Part shown: positions 49,259-58,495 of the stretch, piece by piece | Position numbering within the stretch: position 1 is the stretch's first letter | Layout: each line of letters begins with the position of its first letter | Origin: an uncultured Clostridia bacterium | Lineage (GTDB): Bacteria > Bacillota > Clostridia > TANB77 > CAG-508 | DNA length: 64,000 bases | Direction: 5' to 3' | Assembly (NCBI GenBank): GCA_944386655.1 | Contig: CALXBX010000009.1 | Span: 2,465-66,464 of the forward strand | Program-made: the position numbers and the translations under genes | Notes under the pieces: generated by a model | Databases searched by the model: none | The model's input: only the letters and a program-made list of their open reading frames with translations | Told to the model about the DNA's origin: nothing

Positions 49259-50605
49259 ATGTCATTTATTGTAGCAATGGATGGACCTTCTGGAACAGGA
49301 AAAGGAACCATTACAAAACAAATAGCCAAAGAAATGAAGTTAACCAATATAGATACAGGAGCAACATATCGCTGTGTAGCATTAGCTGCTCTTAAGAATC
49401 ATATTGGAATAGAAGAAAAACAGAAAATTATAGATTTGGTAGATACCTTGTCCATTGATATGAAGCAAGAAGGAGGAAATACAGTTGTACTTTTAAATGG
49501 GGAAGATGTCAGCAAAGAAATTCGTGGAAAAGAAGTAACTAGTTTTGTACCACAAGTATCTGCAATAAAAGAAGTAAGACTAAAAATGGTAGACTTGCAA
49601 AGAAAAATGGCAGAGGGAAAAGACGTAATTATGGAAGGAAGAGATATTACTACTTATGTTTTTCCTAAAGCTGATGTAAAAATTTATTTAGATGCCACTG
49701 CGGAAGAAAGAGCAAAAAGAAGATATAAACAGAACAAAGAAAAAGGAATAGAAATGTCTTACGAAGAAGTAAAGGCTAGTATTGAGAAAAGAGATAAAGC
49801 AGATAAAGAAAGAGAAATGGGAGCATTAACCATAGCTCCAGATGCTGTTGTCATTGATACAACCAATTTAAGCATTAAAGAAGTAAAGCAAAAAGTAAAA
49901 GAAATTATCCAAAAGAAACAAAAAGAATTAAAGGTAAAAGAAATAGCCTATAAAGAAAGACCAAATACTAAGTGGAAATTATTCGAACAAAAAGTGATTA
50001 AAGCTTTTATGGGTGGTTTATATCACATTTTTTATAGAGTGGAAATTAAAGGAGCGGAAAATGTAGCGCAGGAAGGGCCACTTATTATTTGTGCAAATCA
50101 TATTAATTATTTAGATGCAGCAGCTATTGTTATTTTTACAAAAAGAAAGGTACGTTTTATTGCTAAAGAGGATTTATATCGTATTAGACCTTTGAGTTGG
50201 TTAGGACATATTTTTGATGTTATACCAGTTAACCGAGGTACGCAAGATATAGAATCCATGAAAAGATGTATGAAAGCTTTAAAAAATGGAGAAGTATTAG
50301 GTATTTTCCCAGAGGGAACAAGAAAAGGAATTGCAAAAGGTGGAAAAGCGAAAACAGGAGCTGCCTATATGGCACTTCGTACCGGAACAAAGGTAGTACC
50401 AGTAGGAATTTCAGGTAGTTTTAAGTTATTTACAAAAGTAGTGGTCAATTACGGAAAGCCAATGGATTATACAGAATATGCATCTAAATCGCCAGAAAAA
50501 GAGGTATTAGAAAAAGTAGCAAATGAAATTATGGATCAAATTGTTATGTTGACAAATCAGGGAAATTCATGTATAATGTCAAAGGAAAAAAATAGCATTT
50601 CATAG
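49259..50605 (+). CDS. cmk: fused cytidylate kinase / 1-acyl-sn-glycerol-3-phosphate acyltransferase-like protein
   Basis: Single 448-aa ORF. N-terminal half is Cmk (MDGPSGTGKGT, IDTGATYR). C-terminal half has LPLAT motifs (CANHINYLD, FPEGTR). Confidence 0.8.
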   Translation: MSFIVAMDGPSGTGKGTITKQIAKEMKLTNIDTGATYRCVALAALKNHIGIEEKQKIIDLVDTLSIDMKQEGGNTVVLLNGEDVSKEIRGKEVTSFVPQVSAIKEVRLKMVDLQRKMAEGKDVIMEGRDITTYVFPKADVKIYLDATAEERAKRRYKQNKEKGIEMSYEEVKASIEKRDKADKEREMGALTIAPDAVVIDTTNLSIKEVKQKVKEIIQKKQKELKVKEIAYKERPNTKWKLFEQKVIKAFMGGLYHIFYRVEIKGAENVAQEGPLIICANHINYLDAAAIVIFTKRKVRFIAKEDLYRIRPLSWLGHIFDVIPVNRGTQDIESMKRCMKALKNGEVLGIFPEGTRKGIAKGGKAKTGAAYMALRTGTKVVPVGISGSFKLFTKVVVNYGKPMDYTEYASKSPEKEVLEKVANEIMDQIVMLTNQGNSCIMSKEKNSIS

Positions 50606-50660
50606 AAAATGAATATACATAAGAAAAACAAGACAAAAAAGGGAGACAAAGAATAGTAAG

Positions 50661-51764
50661 GTGAAAAAAATGGAAGAAAAATCATTTCAAGAATTATATG
50701 CAGAAGAATCTGCAAAAGAAAATAAATTAGGAAAAACAGTTACAGGAAAAATTATTAGTATGACAAAACAAGGAGAAATTTTTGTAGACATCGGTTACAA
50801 AGCAGATGGCATTATTCCTAAAAAAGAGTATAGTAGCGATGAAAATGCAAATCCAGCAGAGGAGTGGAAAGTAGGAGATACCATTACAGCAGATGTGGTA
50901 AAACAAAATGATGGTTTAGGAAATGTACTATTATCTTACCGCAGATATAAAAATAGAGAAAGTAAAAAAGAATTAGAAAAAAATATCAAACAAAATACGA
51001 TATTTGAAGAACCAATCATAGAAGCAAGCGAAAAAGGCTTTGTCGTAAAAATAGGAGATACAAGAGTATTTATCCCACTTTCTCTATCTGGTATGCCAAG
51101 AGGAGAAGAACCAAAAAATTATTTAGGTAAAACAGTGAGATTTCGTATTACAGAATATTCTCCAAAAGAAAAACGTGTGATAGGTTCTATCAAAAGTGTA
51201 CAAGAAGAAGAAAAACAAGCAAAACTAAAAGAATTTTGGGACAATGCAGAAATAGGAAAAAAATATAAAGGAACTGTAGTAGCATTAAGCAGTTATGGAG
51301 CTTTCGTAGACCTAGGAGGCGTACAAGGATTATTGCATGTATCAGAAATTTCATGGGTAAGAAATATAAAGCCAGAAGAGATATTAAAACAAGGTCAAGA
51401 AATCGAAGTTACAATTATAGATTTAGATAAAAAAAATAAAAGAGTAAAACTAAGCTATGGAGAAAAGGGACCAAACCCTTGGAACCAAGTGGATAGTAAA
51501 TATCATATAGGTGATATCGTAACTGTGAAAGTAAATAAAATGATGCCTTTTGGTGTATTTGTGGAGTTGGAACCAGGAATAGAAGGCTTAATACATATTT
51601 CTCAAATATGCATGAGAAAGATTGCAAAACCAGAAGAAGAATTAAAAGTAGGACAACATGTACATGCAAAAATTATAGAACTAGATAAGGAAAATCAAAG
51701 AATAGAACTTTCTATGAAAGATATAGAAGGAACAAGTGAAGAATATAAAGAAGAAATGAAATAG
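50661..51764 (+). CDS. rpsA: 30S ribosomal protein S1 homologue (four S1 domains)
   Basis: 367 aa; repeated S1 motifs (YGAFVDLGGVQGLLHVSEIS, FGVFVELEPGIEGLIHISQI). Confidence 0.85.
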   Translation: MKKMEEKSFQELYAEESAKENKLGKTVTGKIISMTKQGEIFVDIGYKADGIIPKKEYSSDENANPAEEWKVGDTITADVVKQNDGLGNVLLSYRRYKNRESKKELEKNIKQNTIFEEPIIEASEKGFVVKIGDTRVFIPLSLSGMPRGEEPKNYLGKTVRFRITEYSPKEKRVIGSIKSVQEEEKQAKLKEFWDNAEIGKKYKGTVVALSSYGAFVDLGGVQGLLHVSEISWVRNIKPEEILKQGQEIEVTIIDLDKKNKRVKLSYGEKGPNPWNQVDSKYHIGDIVTVKVNKMMPFGVFVELEPGIEGLIHISQICMRKIAKPEEELKVGQHVHAKIIELDKENQRIELSMKDIEGTSEEYKEEMK

Positions 51765-51784
51765 GACATGCTTTGTCCTATTTT
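51762..51784 (+). terminator. terminator overlapping the rpsA stop codon
   Basis: Stem taggaca / tgtccta plus TTTT. Confidence 0.6.
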
Positions 51785-51795
51785 GTACGAGAGAA

Positions 51796-51919
51796 GATTG
51801 AAAGAGAATTACAATTTTGGCGTTGTCAAACTTCATTTGAAATTTAATCAACGTACAAACAGTACGCCTCATAAATTTTAAATTTGTTTTCCTAGCCAAA
51901 ATTTAATTCTCTTCCAATC
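51796..51919 (+). other. 124-nt element bounded by about 25-nt imperfect inverted repeats, in the typA leader
   Basis: Left arm gattgaaagagaattacaattttggc (51796-51821). Right arm gccaaaatttaattctcttccaatc (51895-51919). One mismatch and one bulge. Confidence 0.5.
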
Positions 51920-51953
51920 AAGATTTATAACTGAGAAAGGGATGGAGGAAAAA

Positions 51954-53762
51954 ATGAAAAACGAAAATATAAGAAATATAGCAATTATTGCACACGTAGA
52001 CCATGGAAAAACAACACTAGTAGATGCACTTTTAAGACAAAGTCATGTTTTTAGAGAAAATGAACAAGTAGCAGAAAGAGTAATGGATTCTAACGATTTG
52101 GAAAAAGAAAGAGGAATTACTATTCTTTCTAAAAATACATCTGTTATGTATAATGGGGTAAAAATTAATATTGTAGATACACCAGGACACGCAGATTTTG
52201 GTGGAGAAGTAGAACGTGTATTAAAAACAGTAGATGGTGTCCTTTTATTAGTAGATGCTTTTGAAGGACCAATGCCACAAACAAGAGAAGTACTAAAAAA
52301 ATCACTTGCCTTAAATTTAAAACCTATTGTAGTTATCAATAAAATTGATAGACCAGGTTCTAATCCTGCTAAAGTAGTAGACCAAGTATTAGAGTTATTT
52401 ATTGAACTAAATGCCAATGACGACCAACTAGAGTTTCCAGTAATTTATGCTTCAGCCAAAAATGGAATAGCTAAAATGAGCATGGAAGAAGAGTCAGATA
52501 ATATTACTTGCATCTTTGATACGATTATTAAGTATATTCCTGCACCAAATTGTGAGATAGAAGGGCCAGCACAAATGTTAGTATCCAACATTGATTATGA
52601 CGATTATTTGGGTAGAATTGCCATAGGAAGAATTGAAAGAGGAACTATCAAAAATGGAATGCCTGTAGTAATTTGCAAAAATGAAAAAAATGTACAAGGT
52701 AAAATAGCAAAATTATTTACCTATCAAGGACTAAAAAGAACAGAAGTGGAGGAAGATACAGCAGGAGATATTATTGCACTATCTGGTATTGCTGATATTG
52801 CCATTGGAGATACCATTTGTGATTTAAATCATCCAGAAAAAATTCCATTTGTAGATATAGATGAACCAACAGTATCTATGACATTTAGTGTTAATAATGG
52901 ACCTTTTGCAGGAAAAGAAGGACAATTTATTACTTCACGTCATATTCGTGATAGACTATTTAAAGAATTGGAAAGAAATGTAAGTCTTCGTGTAAAAGAG
53001 ACAGATTCTGCCGATAGTTTTGAAGTATGCGGACGTGGAGAATTACACTTATCTGTTTTAATAGAAACCATGAGAAGAGAAGGATTTGAACTTTTAGTTT
53101 CTCGTCCAAAAGTTATTTTTAAAGAAATAGATGGCGTAAAATGCGAACCAATGGAAAGATTGGTAGTAAATGTGCCAGATGACAGTATAGGAACTGTTAT
53201 TGAAAAATTAGGAAGACGTAAGGCAGAAATGGTAAATATGGAACCAGCAGAGGAAGGACATACCAAAATAGAATTCAAAATACCAGCAAGAGGACTAATT
53301 GGTTATAGAACAGAATTCTTAACAGATACCAAAGGTACAGGAACTATGAATTCTATTTTTGATAGCTACGAAGCTTATAAAGGAGAAATTCAATCTAGAA
53401 CGAGAGGAGTATTAGTTGCTTTTGAACAAGGAACTTCTGTTACTTATGGATTATATAATGCACAAGAAAGAGGAGAACTTTTAATTGGACCAGGTGTAGA
53501 TGTGTACGAAGGAATGATAGTAGGTATCAATTCTAGAAATGAAGATATTGCAATAAATGTATGTAAAGAAAAACATTTAACCAATACAAGAGCTTCTGGT
53601 TCAGATGACGCACTTCGTTTAGTACCACCAATTCAAATGTCTTTGGAAAAAGCAATCGAATTTATTGCAGAAGATGAGTTAGTAGAGGTAACACCTAAAA
53701 ATATTCGTTTAAGAAAGAAGATTTTAGATACAAAGACAAGGGAAAGAGAAGCAAGAAGATAA
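51954..53762 (+). CDS. typA: translational GTPase TypA/BipA
   Basis: IRNIAIIAHVDHGKTTLVD, DTPGHADFGGEV, NKIDR motifs; ATG 51954 after GGAGG. Confidence 0.93.
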   Translation: MKNENIRNIAIIAHVDHGKTTLVDALLRQSHVFRENEQVAERVMDSNDLEKERGITILSKNTSVMYNGVKINIVDTPGHADFGGEVERVLKTVDGVLLLVDAFEGPMPQTREVLKKSLALNLKPIVVINKIDRPGSNPAKVVDQVLELFIELNANDDQLEFPVIYASAKNGIAKMSMEEESDNITCIFDTIIKYIPAPNCEIEGPAQMLVSNIDYDDYLGRIAIGRIERGTIKNGMPVVICKNEKNVQGKIAKLFTYQGLKRTEVEEDTAGDIIALSGIADIAIGDTICDLNHPEKIPFVDIDEPTVSMTFSVNNGPFAGKEGQFITSRHIRDRLFKELERNVSLRVKETDSADSFEVCGRGELHLSVLIETMRREGFELLVSRPKVIFKEIDGVKCEPMERLVVNVPDDSIGTVIEKLGRRKAEMVNMEPAEEGHTKIEFKIPARGLIGYRTEFLTDTKGTGTMNSIFDSYEAYKGEIQSRTRGVLVAFEQGTSVTYGLYNAQERGELLIGPGVDVYEGMIVGINSRNEDIAINVCKEKHLTNTRASGSDDALRLVPPIQMSLEKAIEFIAEDELVEVTPKNIRLRKKILDTKTREREARR

Positions 53763-53834
53763 GCGTAGGAGAAACATAATGGCAATGAAAAATTTAATTT
53801 TTTCCACCAGAAAAGAGACGGAAGGAATGGAAAA

Positions 53835-54425
53835 ATGAATAGAGAAGAATTAAGAAAAATAAAAGAAAAAGCATTAGAAGAACATATTCCTATTATTATG
53901 GATGAAACCTTAGCGGTAATGGCTCCTATACTAAAAGAAAAAAAGCCAGAAAGCATATTAGAAATAGGAACAGCAGTAGGTTATTCTGCGATATGTTTCT
54001 CAGAGTATCTTTCTGAAAAGGGAAAGGTAGACACCATTGAAAGAGAAGAAGAAAGAGTAAAAGAGGCTTTAGAAAATATAAAAAAAGCAGAAGTAGAAGA
54101 AAAAATTCATATTTTACAAGGTGATGCCGTAGAAATTCTACCAACATTAGAAGAAAAATATGATGTAGTATTTATAGATGCAGCAAAAGGAAAATACCCT
54201 TTCTTTTTAGAGCAATCTCTTAGATTATTAAAAGAAAATGGCATTATCTTTGCAGATAATATTTTATATAAAGGATATGTAATGGGAGAATATCATAAGC
54301 ATAAACAAAGAACAGCAGTGAGAAACTTAAGAGAATATCTAAAAGAAGTTTGTGAAAGCCGAGTTTTAGAAACACAAATCTTAGAAGTAGGAGATGGACT
54401 TGCTATTTCTAAAAAGATTTCTTAA
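53835..54425 (+). CDS. trmR: class I SAM-dependent O-methyltransferase, YrrM/TrmR-like
   Basis: 196 aa; ILEIGTAVGYSAI SAM motif, DVVFIDAAKGKY, C-terminal VGDGLAISKK as in Bacillus YrrM. Confidence 0.65.
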   Translation: MNREELRKIKEKALEEHIPIIMDETLAVMAPILKEKKPESILEIGTAVGYSAICFSEYLSEKGKVDTIEREEERVKEALENIKKAEVEEKIHILQGDAVEILPTLEEKYDVVFIDAAKGKYPFFLEQSLRLLKENGIIFADNILYKGYVMGEYHKHKQRTAVRNLREYLKEVCESRVLETQILEVGDGLAISKKIS

Positions 54426-54451
54426 AAACATAGAGCAAAGATAAAGGATGT

Positions 54452-54496
54452 AAAAAAGTATAACCATGCTAACTACTAGCATGGTTATACTTTTTC
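54452..54496. terminator. bidirectional terminator
   Basis: 14-bp stem agtataaccatgct / agcatggttatact flanked by an A-run and a T-run. Confidence 0.75.
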
Positions 54497-54521
54497 TATA
54501 TATTAGTTAGAAGATTTTTAT

Positions 54522-54878
54522 TTAAGCAATGGAACTTTTTTCATTCTTTAAAGAATCTTTATTATTTTCTAATAATTCTTTTATAAAATGCATCTGGTTT
54601 TTAGATAAATTTTTAAGGCCAAAGGAACTAAGTAGATTTTGAATTTCTTGCATTTCATTCCAAGTTTCTTTTGTATCTGATAAACCTACTAAATAATCTA
54701 CAGATGTGTGAAATACTTCAGCTATTTTTGTAACAATTTCTAATCTAGGAATTCTTTCACTACTTAAGTAACGAGAAATAGTAACATTTGTTGTTCCAAT
54801 TCTACTTGCAAGTTCAATTTGTGACATATTATTTTCTTCCATTAAAGCTTCTAATCGTTTTATAAATATTTCTTGCAT
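54522..54878 (-). CDS. XRE-family HTH transcriptional regulator
   Basis: 118 aa; NMSQIELASRIGTTNVTISRYLSSERIPRLEIVTKIAEVFHTSVDYLVGLS. Confidence 0.8.
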   Translation of the reverse strand: MQEIFIKRLEALMEENNMSQIELASRIGTTNVTISRYLSSERIPRLEIVTKIAEVFHTSVDYLVGLSDTKETWNEMQEIQNLLSSFGLKNLSKNQMHFIKELLENNKDSLKNEKSSIA

Positions 54879-55112
54879 AGTTACCTCCTTTTATTTTTGA
54901 AATTACCTTTATTATAATAGGGAAAAGTACTAAAAATAGAAAATTTTACCAAAATGATAAAAAAAGAGATGAAAATGATTAAGTGAAAAATAGTTTTTCA
55001 TTCTTGACGATAATTATCAACAATTGGTAAAATGAGAAAAAGGCTACAATTCTTAGAGAAAATGTGATATAATAACACAAGTATGAAAAAATGAAGAAGG
55101 GAATGGAATAAA

Positions 55113-56349
55113 ATGATAAAATTACCAGAATTATTAGCACCAGCAGGTTCTTTTGAAAAAGCAAAAATTGCTTTTCTATATGGAGCAGATGCCGTATATG
55201 CAGGAACATCAAGTCTTTCTTTACGTACAAGAGCAGAAATGGAAGATAATGATTTAGTAAAAACAATTCAATATGCACATAGTATAGGGAAAAAAGTATA
55301 TACTGCGATTAATATTTATGCTTGGGATGAAAGTTATGAGGAGATAAAAAAACAGGCTAGTATCTTAAATGAGTTAAAAGTGGATGGTATTATTGTAGCA
55401 GATGGTGGAGTTGTAGAAATATTAAAACAATATGCACCAGATATACCAATTCATATTAGTACACAGGCCAATACCGTAAGTTATCATTCTGCGAACTTTT
55501 GGTACCATAATGGAGCCAAAAGGGTTATTTTAGGAAGAGAAATGAATAAAAAACAAATAGCAGAATTAATGGAGAATAAGCCAAAAGATTTAGAAGTGGA
55601 AATATTTGTACATGGAGCTATTTGTTTTGGTTATTCTGGAAGATGTTTTTTTTTTTATTTCTTAGCAGGAAGAAGCGCTAATTTAGGAGACTGTGCACAA
55701 AGTTGTAGATGGGCATATAATGTTTATGTGGAAGAAGCCAATAAACCAGGAAATTTAATGCCAGTAGAACATGACGAAAAGGGAACCTATATATTTTCTT
55801 CTAAAGATTTATGCTTAATACAAGAGATACCAGAAATTGTCCAGATGGGAATAGATAGCCTAAAAATAGAAGGAAGGCTAAAAACAGAGTATTATTTAGC
55901 GTCTGTAGTAAATGCTTATCGAAATGCATTAGACGATTATCAAAAAGCACCAGAGCAATATGATGCGAGCAAATATAAAAAAGAATTAGAAAAAACGAAA
56001 ACAAGAGGTCTTACCACTTTCTATTTTAACGATAGAAATAATAAAGATTTTCAAGAGTATGAAGGAAAACAATATAACCCAGATTATGAATTTGGTGCAA
56101 AAGTAGTAGAAACAAAGGAAGATGGAAAAACAGTAGTAGAAATAAAAAATAAACTAAAAGTAGGAGATAATTTAGAAATTATTGTACCACATCAAACAGA
56201 ACCAGTAAGTTTGAGCATAAAGAAACTTTGGGATGTAGAAACGCGGAGAAGAAATCGAACAAATCAATCCGGGAAAAGCAGAGCAAAAAGTAATCATGCA
56301 ATTGCCAATACCAGTAGAAACAGGTTGGATTATTAGAAGAAAAAAATAG
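55113..56349 (+). CDS. peptidase U32 family protein (YrrO/TrhP-like); C-terminus restored by +1 shift at CGG 56244-56246
   Basis: LLAPAG start; SGRC...GRSANLGDCAQSCRW motif. After ...KKLWDVET-CGG, the +1 frame reads GEEIEQINPGKAEQKVIMQLPIPVETGWIIRRKK-stop (56347-56349). Confidence 0.8.
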
Positions 56350-56375
56350 GCATGTGTTAGTGGAAACGGAGAATT

Positions 56376-57206
56376 TTAGGCAAAAAATATTGTCAAAGGT
56401 CTCCGTCTCTTATTGACGCATTTTATTATTAGGAAAAAGCTAATAAAAAATCCAATATAACCAATAATATGAGTGGAATCAAAAGAAAAATTAGGAAATA
56501 ATAGTATAGTAGAACCTAGTACGAATCCAATAATAGAAAAGAAAGTAGGAATATGATAATTTTTTAGTAAATATTGTATCAATAGCATAAAAATAAAGGA
56601 ACCTAATATAATTCCTATTACCATAGGTAACAAAATAGACAAGTTTAAAGAAGCAATAGCATGCAAATAAGTAGAGTAAATACCAAGGCACATTAAAATA
56701 GCAGTGTTGCTAACTCCTGGTATAATAATGCCAGCAGACATCAGAAACCCACATAGAAAAAGAAACTGGAAAGTAGGACTAGCCGTTTCAGAATTACTAA
56801 AAGGTAATTGGTTTTCTAAACTGAATAAAGCAAAAGTAAACAAAAAACTAGTTAAAGTATAAAGTAGATAATGCAAACGAAATTTTTTCTTAGGACAGGC
56901 TTCTTTAAAGAGGGAAGGAATGCTACCCAAAATAAGTCCAAGAAAGATACATTTCATAGGTATTTCAAAGCGTGTAAATAGATAGGATAAAATATTTCCT
57001 AATAAAAAAATTCCTAAAAAACCTCCTAAGCCTAAAGGAAATAAGAAAAGGAGATTTTTTTTAATGTCCCTAAAAAAATACAAAATGCTATTTAATAATG
57101 TTTCGTAAATACCAAAAATAACACATAAAACACCACTACTAATACCGGGTAAGATAGCTCCAGCACCTAGAGCAATGCCAAAAACAATATTTTTAAAAAA
57201 CTGCAT
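56376..57206 (-). CDS. DUF368-family membrane protein (candidate undecaprenyl-phosphate translocase family)
   Basis: MQFFKNIVFGIALGAGAILPGISSGVL signature; polytopic. An in-frame CGG lies 9 codons before the stop, so the alternative +1 end would be at 56393. Confidence 0.75.
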   Translation of the reverse strand: MQFFKNIVFGIALGAGAILPGISSGVLCVIFGIYETLLNSILYFFRDIKKNLLFLFPLGLGGFLGIFLLGNILSYLFTRFEIPMKCIFLGLILGSIPSLFKEACPKKKFRLHYLLYTLTSFLFTFALFSLENQLPFSNSETASPTFQFLFLCGFLMSAGIIIPGVSNTAILMCLGIYSTYLHAIASLNLSILLPMVIGIILGSFIFMLLIQYLLKNYHIPTFFSIIGFVLGSTILLFPNFSFDSTHIIGYIGFFISFFLIIKCVNKRRRPLTIFFA

Positions 57207-57373
57207 AAACACACTCCTTTTAGGATAATAATATGTTCTAAAAAACAAAATATACATTCACAAAAAGAAAATGGAAAAATCTATAAAAATCTGGAAAATA
57301 TAGTAAAAACTATTGTGCGATTGCATTTAGTATGTTACAATGAACTCTATAATTAAAAAAGGAGAAAAAATAT

Positions 57374-58474
57374 ATGGTAATAGAAGAACTAACATTAGAG
57401 GAAAAAATAGGACAATTATTTATGATAGAATTGGATGAAAAAGAAATTAGCAATAGAACAATAGAAATGATACAAAAATATAAAATAGGAGGTTTCATCT
57501 TATATTCTAAAAATTATCAATCCTATGAAGAAATGTTACAAATTGTGAATCAATTAAAAGAAATTAATCAGGTAAATAAAATTCCCTTATGGATAGCCAT
57601 AGATCAAGAAGGGGGAAGGGTTAACCGTATGCCAAAAGAGGTTATACCTTTAAAAAATGCTTTTGATATAGCAAAAACAAAGGATATGGATATAGTAAAA
57701 AAAAGTGGACAAGTAATGGGAAAAATGTTAAAAGAAACAGGAATTAATATGAATTTTGCACCAGTACTGGACATAAAAAGATTTAAAGATATACATGCTA
57801 TTGGAAATCGTTGTTATGGAGAAAATGTACAAGAGGTAGAAACTTATGGTATAGCAGTAATGAAAGAAATGCAAAAACAAGGTTTGGTATCTGTTATCAA
57901 ACACTTTCCTGGACATGGAAGAACAAAAAAAGATTCCCATTTTTTCTTGCCAACTATTAGAACAAGGCAGGAAGAACTAGAAAAAACAGATATGCATCCT
58001 TTTCAGAAAGCTATACAAGAAGGTGCAGATGCTATTATGGTGGGACACATAAAGGTAAAAAAAATGGATAAAAAATATCCAGCATCTTTATCCGAAAAAA
58101 TTGTTGGTCAAAAATTAAGGAAAGATTGGAATTATAAAGGGTTAGTGGTGACAGATGATATTAAAATGCTAGGAATACGTATACGTTATTCTATGATAAC
58201 AGCAGTTCAGCATGCTATTTTAGCAGGAGTGAATATGCTAATAGTCGGGCTTCCTTATGAAAAAATAGTAAAATTAATAGGACAAGTAGATAATAAAGTA
58301 TCTAGACTAAAAATACCAATTGGATATCTGAATAAAAGTGTAGCGGTTACATTAGAAATGAAAAAAAAATATGGCTTAATAGATGAAAAAAGCAAAGGAA
58401 TGAACTTGCAAGAAATTAATCAAGAAATAGAAGAAATTAATCAAAAAGTAGTAGAACACCAAAACGAAAAATAA
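57374..58474 (+). CDS. nagZ: beta-N-acetylhexosaminidase (GH3, NagZ type)
   Basis: IDQEGGRVNR and KHFPGHG motifs. Confidence 0.85.
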   Translation: MVIEELTLEEKIGQLFMIELDEKEISNRTIEMIQKYKIGGFILYSKNYQSYEEMLQIVNQLKEINQVNKIPLWIAIDQEGGRVNRMPKEVIPLKNAFDIAKTKDMDIVKKSGQVMGKMLKETGINMNFAPVLDIKRFKDIHAIGNRCYGENVQEVETYGIAVMKEMQKQGLVSVIKHFPGHGRTKKDSHFFLPTIRTRQEELEKTDMHPFQKAIQEGADAIMVGHIKVKKMDKKYPASLSEKIVGQKLRKDWNYKGLVVTDDIKMLGIRIRYSMITAVQHAILAGVNMLIVGLPYEKIVKLIGQVDNKVSRLKIPIGYLNKSVAVTLEMKKKYGLIDEKSKGMNLQEINQEIEEINQKVVEHQNEK

Positions 58475-58495
58475 AAAGAAAGACAAAAGAGATGA

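Noticed and set aside
49153-49395. 80-aa ORF spanning the junction of the P-loop/Asp23 gene and cmk
   Set aside because: It is an out-of-frame overlap of two well-supported genes and is basic and low-complexity.
53779-53838. 19-aa ORF (MAMKNLIFSTRKETEGMEK) before the methyltransferase gene and a nearby cgg at 53819
   Set aside because: The cgg is not in frame with either ORF. There is no evidence that the short ORF is a missing N-terminus of the methyltransferase.
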